Positions 22,561-45,268 of a stretch of 64,000 nucleotides of DNA are shown in pieces. A program made the position numbers and the translations under genes. Source of the stretch: Lama guanicoe (lineage: Eukaryota); assembly GCA_013239625.1 (NCBI GenBank), contig MU053881.1:1674001-1738000 (forward strand), in the 5' to 3' direction. The notes beneath the pieces were generated by a model, which was given only the letters and a program-made list of their open reading frames with translations, had not been told where the DNA came from and did no database searches. The first letter of the stretch is position 1. Each line of letters opens with the position of its first letter.

Positions 22561-23974
22561 ATCTTGCATCAGCCGTCCTAGAAAATTCAACCTGTCACTT
22601 CGTCGATGCTTACACTCAGACTGTGGTCTGGGGAGAAGCAACTGCGCAGAACCCATGAAGAACCTAGGACAGGTGGAGCGCCCAGAAGCGACCACAGTCG
22701 TGAGTTCCCTCTCTCCTCCCCACTCCAAGACAAAGCCAGTGCCACAGTCTTACAGCGTATTTCTACATCTCTCATCCCAGCTGGTCTTTACAACAGTCCC
22801 AAGAGAGGGACTCAGTGAATGTGCCCATTTCTCAGACGGCAAAATCGAGCACACCTGGGGCGGTATAGACAAGAAGAGGCCTTCAGTCACAGTGTCTCAG
22901 CCTTCTTCCTCCAAGGACTGAGGCCCAAGGAGGCCACACTATGGGTAGTTTCCCCCCCGACCCCGCTATGTGGCCTCCTCGCTAAGCAAGAGGCCCAGCC
23001 ACCTGCTGGCTAAGGAGAAAGAAAGCCCCCACTTCTGTTCCCCTCAGTTGCTGGCACTAAGTGGAAGTCGTGTGGGTCACCAGGGAAGCCATAGTGTGAA
23101 AAGAAAGAGAAACATGGTGAGGCTGTGATGACTGATGGAGGCTACTGGGCGTCCAAGTGTCATCTGGAGTTCTGGCGTCACCGCACCAAGCCACTGCACA
23201 CTACAATTTGTAATTTGCTCCTCCCTGCACCCAGGTACCTCACCGGATCCCCTCTCCAACCCTGTGAAAGACAAGACCGCTTTGGTTGGTGTCACTATTT
23301 CTGCTTTACATGTGGGAAAAGTGGGGCTCCGAGGGGTAAGTCCCCTGCCCAGGGATACGCAGCCAGGACGTGGTAGCAGGTGTAGGACGGGACCCAGGCT
23401 CTTGGGTATCCTCCAGTTTGTCTCTCTGAAATTGCTTGGCAGGGCATGGAGTCTGTGGGCAGGGCCATGATGCTGGGTGACTGGCAGGTAGATCCTCATG
23501 AGGGTAGAAGCCACATGTACCCCGACTTCCCCAGGTAATCCAGGAGGTCCTTTCCAGTGCCATCCAGCGGGACAGGGCCATTCATGGCTCACTGCTGCCC
23601 TCTTGTGGCCTCATGCTGTGTATTCTTAGGTCTGCAAACATTAAAATTTAAAGTGCAGAGTACTCTAAGAGCTTAGAGTAGGGTCAAGAAACTACAGAAG
23701 AGTGAATGACTTGCTAAGGTCCCAGCTGAGACACTGGGGAGCACCTTGCCTTGCAGCTGAGCTTCAGGGATTGAGGGGCTCATGTCCCCCTGCCAAGAGG
23801 GCAGCTGTGCCCCACACTAGCCCCTTCCAGAAGTGAGGGAAGCACGTTTACTGAGCCCCGCTGTGTGCCACGGCAGCTAAACTAATCACACGGATGACTG
23901 TTCCCCTTTTGCAGATGAAACTGAGGCCCAAGAGGAGTGGGCTTGCCCAGGCCTCCTTCCTCCTCGTCCCCAGG

Positions 23975-24141
23975 ATACAGCTAGAAATGCACGGGATGCT
24001 TTCAGTCATCACAATGGTCGGGGGAACACTCCTGGTACTGGTGGGTAGGGCCATGGATAGCAGACATCTGAGACGCAGGAGACAGTCCTGCCCAATGATA
24101 AATCATCTAAGAATGTCTGTAACGCCCGTGTTGAGAAACAG
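23975..24141. mobile_element. MER20-like hAT element
   Basis: tcatcacaatgg...actcctggtac...gtgttgagaaacag. Confidence 0.55.
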
Positions 24142-24719
24142 CTTGCCCTGGCTTCAAGTCTTGACTCAGCTACTTCCTCCCACCCCCTGCCCTCTTGGCC
24201 TCCAGTAGCACCTCAAAGGTCAGGCATGAGACGATGGACAGAGGCGTGCTTCGCATGGGGCCAGAGGAAGGAAAGAGTGCTGAACAGGAAGAACGGGAGT
24301 CTTCCTGGAGTTGTCCTGCCCCTGTTGGAGATACTCTTGGCCCAGGAAATGGCCCAGCTTGGTCTGACCTCCAACCTCCTGACCCTGGACATCCTGGGAG
24401 TGAACTGGGCCCAACTGCGGCCTTCTCACCCTCTGCCCTGAGGCAGAAAAAGTCTCTGTGCCAACCTGACTTCTCTGAGCTGCTCTGGGCCACAAGATAG
24501 GCTTGTGTTTGGGCTCAAGATAGGGCCAAAGATGGGCTTCACACAGGACTCTCAGTCTCTCTCTGCCACACACACACACACACACAAAACACATACACAA
24601 ACATACACAAACATTCACATTGCATTTAAAGCTGGTCACAAGCAACCTCTCTTGGTTAACTTGGGATGGGTTTTTTTTTCACGAAGTCATACCTAAGGTT
24701 CAATTCAGCTTTATAATTT

Positions 24720-24880
24720 AAAAGAAGAAACTCCATTCAGTTTGCAAAGACAAAAAAGTTCTGGAGATGGATGGTGGTGATGAGTGCATGTGAGGAACTT
24801 AATGCCACTGAATGTGTACACTTAAACATGTTAAAAATGGTAAATTTTATGTTATGTACATGTTACCACAATAAAGAAAC
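24720..24880 (+). mobile_element. L1 3' end fragment
   Basis: aaagttctggagatggatggtggtgatg...gttaaaaatggtaaattttatgttatgt...caataaag. Confidence 0.8.
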
Positions 24881-25892
24881 TCCAAATGTTCATTAATAAA
24901 TGCCTTAAACATTTTACATTTGCACGGGGGAAAGATGAAGAAATCAGCAACGAGGGGGCAAAGCAAAGAGCTGAGAATCGTGAAGAGGTGGCAGGAGGGA
25001 CGGCAGGAGCCTCCCCTGCCCCAGCCTGCCCAAGTCACCCCGCTCAGGCTGCAACCTCGCGCCCTTGTTCTAGGGTTCACCAAGGCAGAGAGCCCCAGAA
25101 GGGGATACCTCTCTGCTCTCCCAGCTTCCCATGTTTTTCCTCTCGCTCTCTGGAGTTGGGAGTCCAGCTTCTGAGGCACACTTAGCTGTGTGTCTGAGAG
25201 CAAAGCCCGCTCCCTTTACTGGCCATGCTTAAGGCTCCAGAGTCCCTCCAATTCCCCTCCCGCCTAAGCACTGTAGGAGTCTCTTAACGTTGCTACACCT
25301 CGGCTTCACCCTGCCTGGATTCCAGCAGGAGTTCTGGAGGTCGTGCCCGTGACCTCTTCCGCCGGCCCCAGCAGTGGCCTTGTGCCCTCCTTCTGCCCTT
25401 CCTCCGGCTCCTTCACGGGGCTGGGAAGCCCCGCGTCCTGCTCCTGCGCTTCACCTGCCCCGAGGCTCCGGCTGTGCAGCAGGCTGGGCGCCCGTCACAC
25501 CTGCCCAGGGAACGATCACGGCGCATCGTCCCATTTTATGCACGGGGAGGGCGGCTCAGGGACTGAGCCCGAATCCCCGAGCGAGGCCTGCTGAAACTCA
25601 AGAGGCACGCACCTCGGGTGCGGGAGCAGCGGCAGGGTCACCGGGGGTCCCCTCCCGGGCAGGGAAACCGCAGCGGCGCGGAGGGCGAGGCTCGAGGTGC
25701 AGTCCCCGCCCGCATTCGGCGAGGCGAGCGCAAACATGGCACCCGCGCGGCTATGCCTAAAGAACTTGGCAGGGGTGGGACGCACGCCACGTTTGTTAGC
25801 GGGACGAATTAAGGAACCAACGCGAAAGGCACTAGCTGGGTGCAGGGCGAAGGGAACTTCGAGCAGCCCCCTGAGCGGGGGGAGGGGGGGCG

Positions 25893-25911
25893 NNNNNNNN
25901 NNNNNNNNNNN
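25893..25911. other. Assembly gap (19 N)
   Basis: Run of n between G-rich tracts. Confidence 1.
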
Positions 25912-25996
25912 GGGCGGGGCTTGCGGGCGGGGCCGCTCGGGGCCCGCCTCCCGTGCACCCCTCGGCGCCGCGTCTCGGTGCGGCTCCCGGCGCGCC

Positions 25997-38183
<12,187 letters not shown>

Positions 38184-38949
38184 GGGAGGCCCTGCTGAGG
38201 CGTGTCCTTCTCTGGGTAAGTCTGGGGCCTTGCTTCCTGCTCCCAAAGGCCCAGGACTGGGCTCCTTACCGTCCAAAAGTCAGCAGCTCCAACTCCTTTG
38301 TTCCAGGTGATGTCCCTCTCTGTTAGTGCCAACACTAGGAGGCTCTGGCTGCTCCTCACCCCTCCCCTGCCAACATCTCCCGAATACTTTTGGATTTGAT
38401 TGCTGGGCCAGGAGTGGCTATTTCCTCTGCCAGCCAGTGCCTCTAAAGGAAACGAAACTTCTGCCAGGCCTTCCCCACCTGGAGCCCCAGCCCAGCGCCG
38501 CCTCTCACAAACTACCTAGTCTTAGGCTTCCACTCGGTACCAGAACCAGCGCGGCCTCGCCCAGATCCAGCTGGCCCTTACAACTGTGCTCTCGTCTTCA
38601 GGTTCACACTGCCTCCACTGGAAGGTAGAGAATCCCACTGGTGAAGACAGGTGTTCCAAGGTGCTGCAGACTCATGCTGCCCTGGGGCAGTGTCCCCACT
38701 GGGGATGGTGAGCCCTCACTACACCATCATCACTCTTCAACAGCTGCCTCAAGCTTTCTTTAAAGGCTTGAGTCCTGGGCAGGGCCAGGGCCAAATCATT
38801 AAAAGAAATAAGCTAAGGATGCGGATAGTGTGCGGTTATGCCTGACAGGGCGGTTAGGTCATGGAAGACACTGGAGCTCAGAAAGCTCTGGAGCACCTGC
38901 CCCCCTTCAGTGTGCCCCACACTCACCCAGGCTCAGGGGTTTTTAAATT

Positions 38950-38955
38950 TTTATT
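38950..38955 (-). terminator. HNRNPAB: HNRNPAB polyadenylation signal AATAAA (3' UTR ~38930-39475)
   Basis: tttatt on + strand at the end of an AU-rich 3' UTR. Confidence 0.85.
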
Positions 38956-39475
38956 TCAAAAGCTTGGATAGCTTCAATATCCAGGTCGTGGCAAAATCAG
39001 GACACGTGTAAAATACCTTACAATACATTAGATTCCCGAAAGGTACCAAAAAGTACAGTAAAATTAACACTTCCATTACAGGAAATGTATGACACAAATA
39101 ATATAAAATTAAAAGGTGAAAAAAGGTGACACTGGTTTCCTAAGATACAATTTACTCTTTACAACCAGGGTCCACACAGATGCAGGCTGCAGAGCAGCAG
39201 TGGGAAGCAGACCCTCCGGCCTGGCTCTGGGTCACCCGGTAATAAAAAATCAGCCCATAATGCCTCTCTGGCCTCTTAAGACACCACACGCTGCCTAAAA
39301 CAACTAGAGCTCTGGAAATATTGAACAGGAGAGTGATTTCCAAGGGGAAATTTTTAAATAAGATGCACATGGGACAGGCTATAGAAAGTTTGCCAAGTTA
39401 AATTTGGTACATAATTGTGTTCACTCGATATCCAAACAAAGCGTGTGCGGTCAGTCGGGCACTCCTGCCGAAGCC

Positions 39476-39546
39476 TCAGTATGGCTTGTAGTTGTTCTGA
39501 TGGCCACCGCGTCGTTGGCTCTTCCCGTAATTTGTGCTACCCTGAC
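39476..39546 (-). CDS. HNRNPAB: HNRNPAB exon 8 coding part
   Basis: [22 protein letters not shown]. Confidence 0.96.
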
Positions 39547-42500
39547 CTAGGGACGAGAACAACAGTGACAGCAGCTACAGCTTACTGAGCCTTTACCCTG
39601 TGCCAGGCGCTTGAGAGGCATCCTCACTGGAGCCGACAACTCTGTCCAGCAGGATGTCTTCCCACCTTCCTGAGGCCCACAGCTCTAGAGCTCGAAACTG
39701 GGGAGCTCCAATGACCGAGCCAGGCCACAAAGCCCAGCCTGTCCGACTCCAAAGCCCCTGCTGCCAGCGGCCCGTGCTGCCAGCGGCCCCTGCACTGTCT
39801 GTCCTGCCTCCCGGGATGGACGAGCAGACGGGGGTCTCCCTCTCTCCTACTTACTGTAGTCGTAGCCGGGGCCGTAGCCGTAATAGCCATAGGGCGAGTA
39901 GTCGTAGCCGCCATAGCCAGGCCCGTAGCCCTGCTGGTAGCCGTAGCCCTGGTTCCAGTAGCTGCCGTAGCCCTGATTCCAACTCTGACTCTGACCTGTG
40001 GGGGGAGCAGGGCACAGGGGCCCATGGACCATTTAGCACACGCAGGAGCTAGGATAGAGGAAATCCTGCCCTTTGGGTGGCGAGGTTACTATGGCAACTC
40101 AGAAAGGCCAAGGGGCTGCTGTCCTGGTGTAAAGGGCCCTGGGCCCAGCCCTGCACCTGAGAGACCCAAGCTGGGGATGAGAAGGCCAGGCCAGGAAACT
40201 AACTTCGCTGGGGCAAATGAGGCAGCTCACTCTCATTCACGTCACCCTCTGATCACCCCCACCCTCCGTGGCAGCTTGGCCTTAAAAAGGATGGAGTTCA
40301 GGCTTTGGAGTCAGAGGGGCCTGGGATGGAAGGTTAAGCGCCTGGCACAGCCTTGCCCTACCCTTCTGCCCACCTGCCCATGGGTGTGCCAAGACTCAGA
40401 ACAGCCAGAGCCAAGCACGCCCCACCGTGCCCCACCACTCAAGAGTGATGCAGATAGACACCCCCTCTGCCCTGGGGCCCTACAGCTCTTCCACTCCAAG
40501 CAGCAACAGCACCACAGCCTCGACCCAGGAGAACCAGTCCTGGTCCTGCCCACCTGGCTGCAATGAGCACTAGAGGCCAGAAAGCCCCCACTGACAGGCA
40601 CAGAAGCTCCATGCAGGCAGGAAAACAGAACCTGTCTTCACTGGGGATCCACTCACCTCCTCCACTTCCGCCACCACCGCCGCTGCCTCGGTTCCCTCGG
40701 TTGCGATTCCCGCGGCCCCCGGAGCCATACTGCTGCTGTTGATAAACCTCTTTAGGCTGAGCCACCTTGATTTCACACTGAAAGCCAAGAGAGCAGTGGG
40801 TCATGCCAGCAGGAAGAGCTCTGGGCAGGGAGTGTGCATAAAGGCCTTCACTGACCAACATTCAGATGGCTCATCTTGTCTACCTGCTCATAAACAGCAC
40901 GTGCTGCAATGGAAACCACCCCGGGGCTAGCTCTGAGAAGCACAACTAGTACCCAGACTGACTGAAACTCACACACAAGCACCTTTTTGGCTCAAGCCCT
41001 TCCCCAGGACACTTGAAATGATGTGATACACCAGTAGGTCTGCGGAGGGTCACCCTTGGGCGCTCCACATCTAACAAGTGGGAAGAGAGCTGCGAGACAG
41101 CTGGGCCAGTGCCGGGCCAGTGGAGGAAGACACCACACCAGGTGTTAGGCTGCAGCCACCTTGGCCCCAGTGGGCAAGGGAGTCAAAGAAGGCCTCCATT
41201 AGAGAAAAAACGCCTTCCTTTTCCCCCAACAAGAAATGAAGCATCCCACTCAAATATGCCAGTGAAGCAGCAACCCTAACCTCCATCTTACATAGGAAGA
41301 AAGCCACTGACGTTCACGGCAGGCCTTCCGTAAGGCCACAGTGCTCCCCCCACTTCCTCCAACCACTAGTCTGTTGTTGGGACGGGCTAGATGTGTCCCC
41401 TTAGGGCCCAGAGTCTTATTTCCTTTTTGCTCACAACTGTCTAGTGCGGGTGGGGTCACAGACCTTCCAGTGCTCCTGCTCAAGTGTTTTTTTTTTTAAA
41501 AAGTCCACTGACACAACCTGCCCTCGTTAAGACTAGTAAGAAACCACTTTGTACAAGACATCCCTATACAAGCACTCATATAAAAATTAGCAAATTATCC
41601 CCAAGTGATGTAATACCATGTTTTCTATCTCAAGTTTAAAACGCCAAATACACCAACTAAATAAACTTACTCTGCGACCACCACCAGTAGTTTGTCTAAT
41701 CCTAACAGGCTCTGCCTGCCCACTTCACATTATGGCACAAGGAAAAGGCCTCTCTCCGTGTCACTGTCCTCTGGGGTAACCATTAATGGGCGACATCTCA
41801 CGTAAGAGCCCCATGATCCAATCTCATTTTACATAAAACTTAAGGTCCCAATCCCAAATCCAATCTTTCCAAATTCCTAGCCAGGATTGAGGAGCCCCAC
41901 CCTACTGGTCCCACCTAATCTGGCTGCCACCCCTGCTCAGGCAGAGCCTGCCACACCCTGCCGACAGTGGGCCACACCCTCAACTCCCAACTGCCACCTG
42001 GAGAATACTTAAAGCACATTACCTACTCTCTCCTGTCCAGAGTTCAGGGGTTAGAGCTGCACCTCAGTGTACACCTCACTGCACAGGACTCTGCTCATCT
42101 GAAGTTAAACGGGCCCTGAGCTTAAGCTGGCCAGGACCCTGGGAGCTCTTTGGGAAGAATCTTTGGGATGGCAGTTAATTTAAACAGTGACCAAAGGGTA
42201 TAGAGGTGAAAAGATTTGGTTGTAGCAGGAATAAAGATAGGAGAAAAGGCTGCGGCAAGCTCTTAACAGAAAGACACTTGACCACAGGGAAATCAGTAAA
42301 TGGCAGCTTTAGAGTATTTTCTGAGAACTTAACTGCAGGCCTTATACACTTTGTACTCTAGCGCCCTAACACCTTGATCTCTAGCTTTAAATCAGGAATT
42401 GAAGAAGCTACTCAGCGTACTCCCTACCCCACAGAAGCCTCCCATCCTCTCCTGCCTCCCGCACATCCTGTTTACTGCCAGTCCTACTAGCCAAGGAGTT

Positions 42501-44941
42501 CCCCGAAGGACAGGACCACGCGCCCGTGAGGACAGCAGACACTGCAGTAAGCTGTGCCCTGGAGAGCTCCTGCAGGTAAGCCCCTAACTCACACCTGGAA
42601 GGGCCAGCAGGTGGTCACGCACACACAGCTGGGGACACCTTACCTTACTTCCACTGATAGTGTGGAACTTTTTCTCTAAAACTTTCTTCACAGGTTCCTC
42701 TTCTTTAAAGGTGATGAAAACAAAGCCTCGTCTTTTGTTCGACTTTGGATCCATTGGAAGTTCAATGGCTTCAATCTGTAAACACAGGCAAAGCTCAGGA
42801 CCAGTGCCTGCCTCCCTTACCCCAGGGACTAAATTAGGGAACTCAGCACTCACATAAACACCAGAGACTGGAAAGAGCTCCAGCCAGCCAAGACTGCCAA
42901 GGACCAAGAAAGCAAGCTCAGGGCAGCTGGCAGGCCACTCTGGGGGCATACACTCACCTCCCCAAACTCGCCGAAGTACTCCCTGATCTTCTCCTCAGTG
43001 GCTTCAGGATTCAGACCCCCTACAAAAATTTTCTTTACTGGATCCTTCTTCATGGCCATGGCCTTTTTGGGGTCAATGACACGGCCATCCAACCTATGCT
43101 CCTTCTGGTCTAAAACCTGTTCCAACAGAAGCAAGTTGAATACCAACTTGGCAGCATAACCCTTGACAAGGCTCTTCCCTTTGAGCCACAACATGTACAC
43201 AAAACGTGCTTCATCCCCTCCAACCTGACTTCCCAACCCAGCCCCCAAACTTCAAGTACACCTGGTTTACCTAAACACGTATAAACCTGTCCTCACCCAT
43301 GCTGTGCACCCCTGTTCCTGCCCGGGCAGTCCCAATTTAAGGCCTCTCTCCTCCAGAATTAAAGCAGCAGAGATTAAAAGCACAAGCTAGAGCTGGGGTG
43401 CTAGGACTGGAATTCTCACCCCCCACCCCTTACTACTAATGTGATCTCATCTACTTACACTGAGCCTTAGGTTTGTTGTCTTCTGTAAAGTGGCCTAAAA
43501 TAATGCCTATCTCCTAGCAACCACGAACTCTCTTCTAGTTCCCGCAATGAAGCATCTGCTTTAACAGGGTCCAGAATAGGCACCAAGGTAAGTGGTCCAC
43601 TATAATCTTCCTGGACCACTTTGGCCCATCCTCACTCCTCCCCTTAGTCTCTACTTTTAATCCCTTTAAAAACAGGAGCATAAGTTCCCAACCTCTCTGC
43701 TTTTCCCAAAGCACTCAACCACGTACAGAACACGTAAGCCAACCATGGTCTAAGAACGTTGTTCTCTTAGAATACAGGCTGCTGACAGTAAAGTACCCAG
43801 CTTACCTTCTCCACACTGGCTGCATCTTTGAAGAGGATAAACCCAAATCCTCTTGACCGGCCCGTGTTGGGATCCATTTTTATTGTACAGTCAACGACCT
43901 CTCCAAATTTGGTAAAATAATCCTTTAGGTCCTTTTTGCTGGTATCCCAGCTCAGGCCACCAACGAACATTTTTCTGAAATGGTGAAGTGAAACACATGG
44001 CAAGCCTTAAAAAAAAAGCTATGAGTTTAGAACGACTGACTCTGGCAAAGCTTTCACTGAAAGGATTATAAACAAAGCCACCTTTCGGACAAAGGTCTAC
44101 CCTTAGAGTCTGTAAGGGTTCTACCTCTGGAAGAGATTAACACATCTCCACTACCCTCCCAAACCCAGCCTTGACCCCAACAAAGCCTCTCAGGTGACTC
44201 CGCACCCGGAGCCTGGCGAGGGAAAGGGCAGCCTGGCCTGAGAGAGGCCCGGAGCATCACAACTGGCTGGAAGAAACCTGATTTGTCTAACCAACACGTA
44301 TCAAAACGCTACGGCCCCTGCCGGGGCACCCCCTTGCAGAACTCGCTCTCAAGAAACTCCAGGCTTCCGGGGCCGAGCCGCGTTCAGACCGTGACTCCGC
44401 CCTCGGCAGGAGGCGGAGGAGGGAGGCCGGGGCGCGCGCCAACTCCGCCCACGCAGCCAGGGCAGCCCGCGACCGGCTCGGCCCCGGGTGCGAGCGCTCC
44501 CCCCCTCCTTCCAGGCCGCCCGCCCCCAGCCCGCTCGAGCGGCCCCGGGGCGGCGCCAAAGTCGACCCAACAAACTCCGGCAAACTCCGGCGCGCGGCGC
44601 GGCGCGGCTGGGCTGCGGGCAGCGAGCAGGCCCGGCCGCCCCTCCCCCCGCCGCGTGGCGCCAACAAAAGGCGGCCCCGGAACAAAGGCGGCGCCCCCGT
44701 CGGCCCGCGGCCGCACCTACCCCGCGTCCTCCTCGTTCTTGCTGGCGTTGATCTGGTCGCCCTCGGCGCCGTTCTGGTTGCCGGACGGGGGCGCCGCGCT
44801 CCCGCCTCCGGCTCCTGCCGCGGCCCCGGTGCCGGTGCCGGTACCGGTGCCGGCCGGCGACTCGCCTTCGGGGGCGGCCTCATGTCCGTTCTCGGTGGCA
44901 CCCGTCGTCTCCATGGGCTGCTCCTCACCCGCTTCCGACAT
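39476..44941 (-). CDS. HNRNPAB: Heterogeneous nuclear ribonucleoprotein A/B (two RRMs plus Gly/Tyr-rich tail), 337 aa with exon 7
   Basis: [14 protein letters not shown]...; RNP motifs [14 protein letters not shown] and [15 protein letters not shown]-terminus [12 protein letters not shown]; 7 coding exons total 1014 nt. Confidence 0.98.
39855..39995 (-). CDS. HNRNPAB: HNRNPAB exon 7 (141 nt, known alternative Gly/Tyr-rich cassette)
   Basis: [46 protein letters not shown]; symmetric phase 1. Confidence 0.95.
40657..40777 (-). CDS. HNRNPAB: HNRNPAB exon 6 (121 nt)
   Basis: [40 protein letters not shown]. Confidence 0.96.
42644..42775 (-). CDS. HNRNPAB: HNRNPAB exon 5 (132 nt), RRM2
   Basis: [23 protein letters not shown]...FHTISGSK. 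Confidence 0.97.
42958..43116 (-). CDS. HNRNPAB: HNRNPAB exon 4 (159 nt)
   Basis: [19 protein letters not shown]...REYFGEFGE. Confidence 0.97.
43806..43974 (-). CDS. HNRNPAB: HNRNPAB exon 3 (169 nt), RRM1
   Basis: [26 protein letters not shown]...AASVEK. Confidence 0.97.
44721..44941 (-). CDS. HNRNPAB: HNRNPAB exon 2 coding part (exon starts at 44963)
   Basis: ATG at 44941; donor gtaggt. Confidence 0.96.
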
Positions 44942-45056
44942 GCTAGGCCGAAGCGCGCGGCTCCTGCAACGAGAGGCCACATGCGGCCACAGCGCGTCAG
45001 ACCGGCGCGGCTCCCGCCCGGGTTCCCGCCCGGCGCCCGCGGGCCCGGCCGCTCAC

Positions 45057-45268
45057 CTCGCCGCCGATGACGCCGCGGGGCCCGCTCGTCCCCACCCGCT
45101 GGGAAGGCGCCACGGGCTCCGCTGCGCTCACGCTCGCGCTGCCGGACCTGTCCCCCGTCTTCCGACGGAGCCGCCGCAACCTCGAGTCCTCTTCCTCGGG
45201 CGCCGCCGCTGCCGCACGGAACCCACCAACTAACAAGCGTGCTCAGGCCCGCACGGTGCCGCCGCCTG
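45057..45268 (-). other. HNRNPAB: HNRNPAB non-coding exon 1 (TSS approximate)
   Basis: Donor GAG|gtgagc at 45056; TATA box ~25 nt upstream of the inferred TSS. Confidence 0.8.

Noticed and set aside
44283..45233. 316-aa Pro/Ala/Arg-rich plus-strand ORF
   Set aside because: Shadow ORF of the HNRNPAB CpG island; low complexity, non-ATG start.
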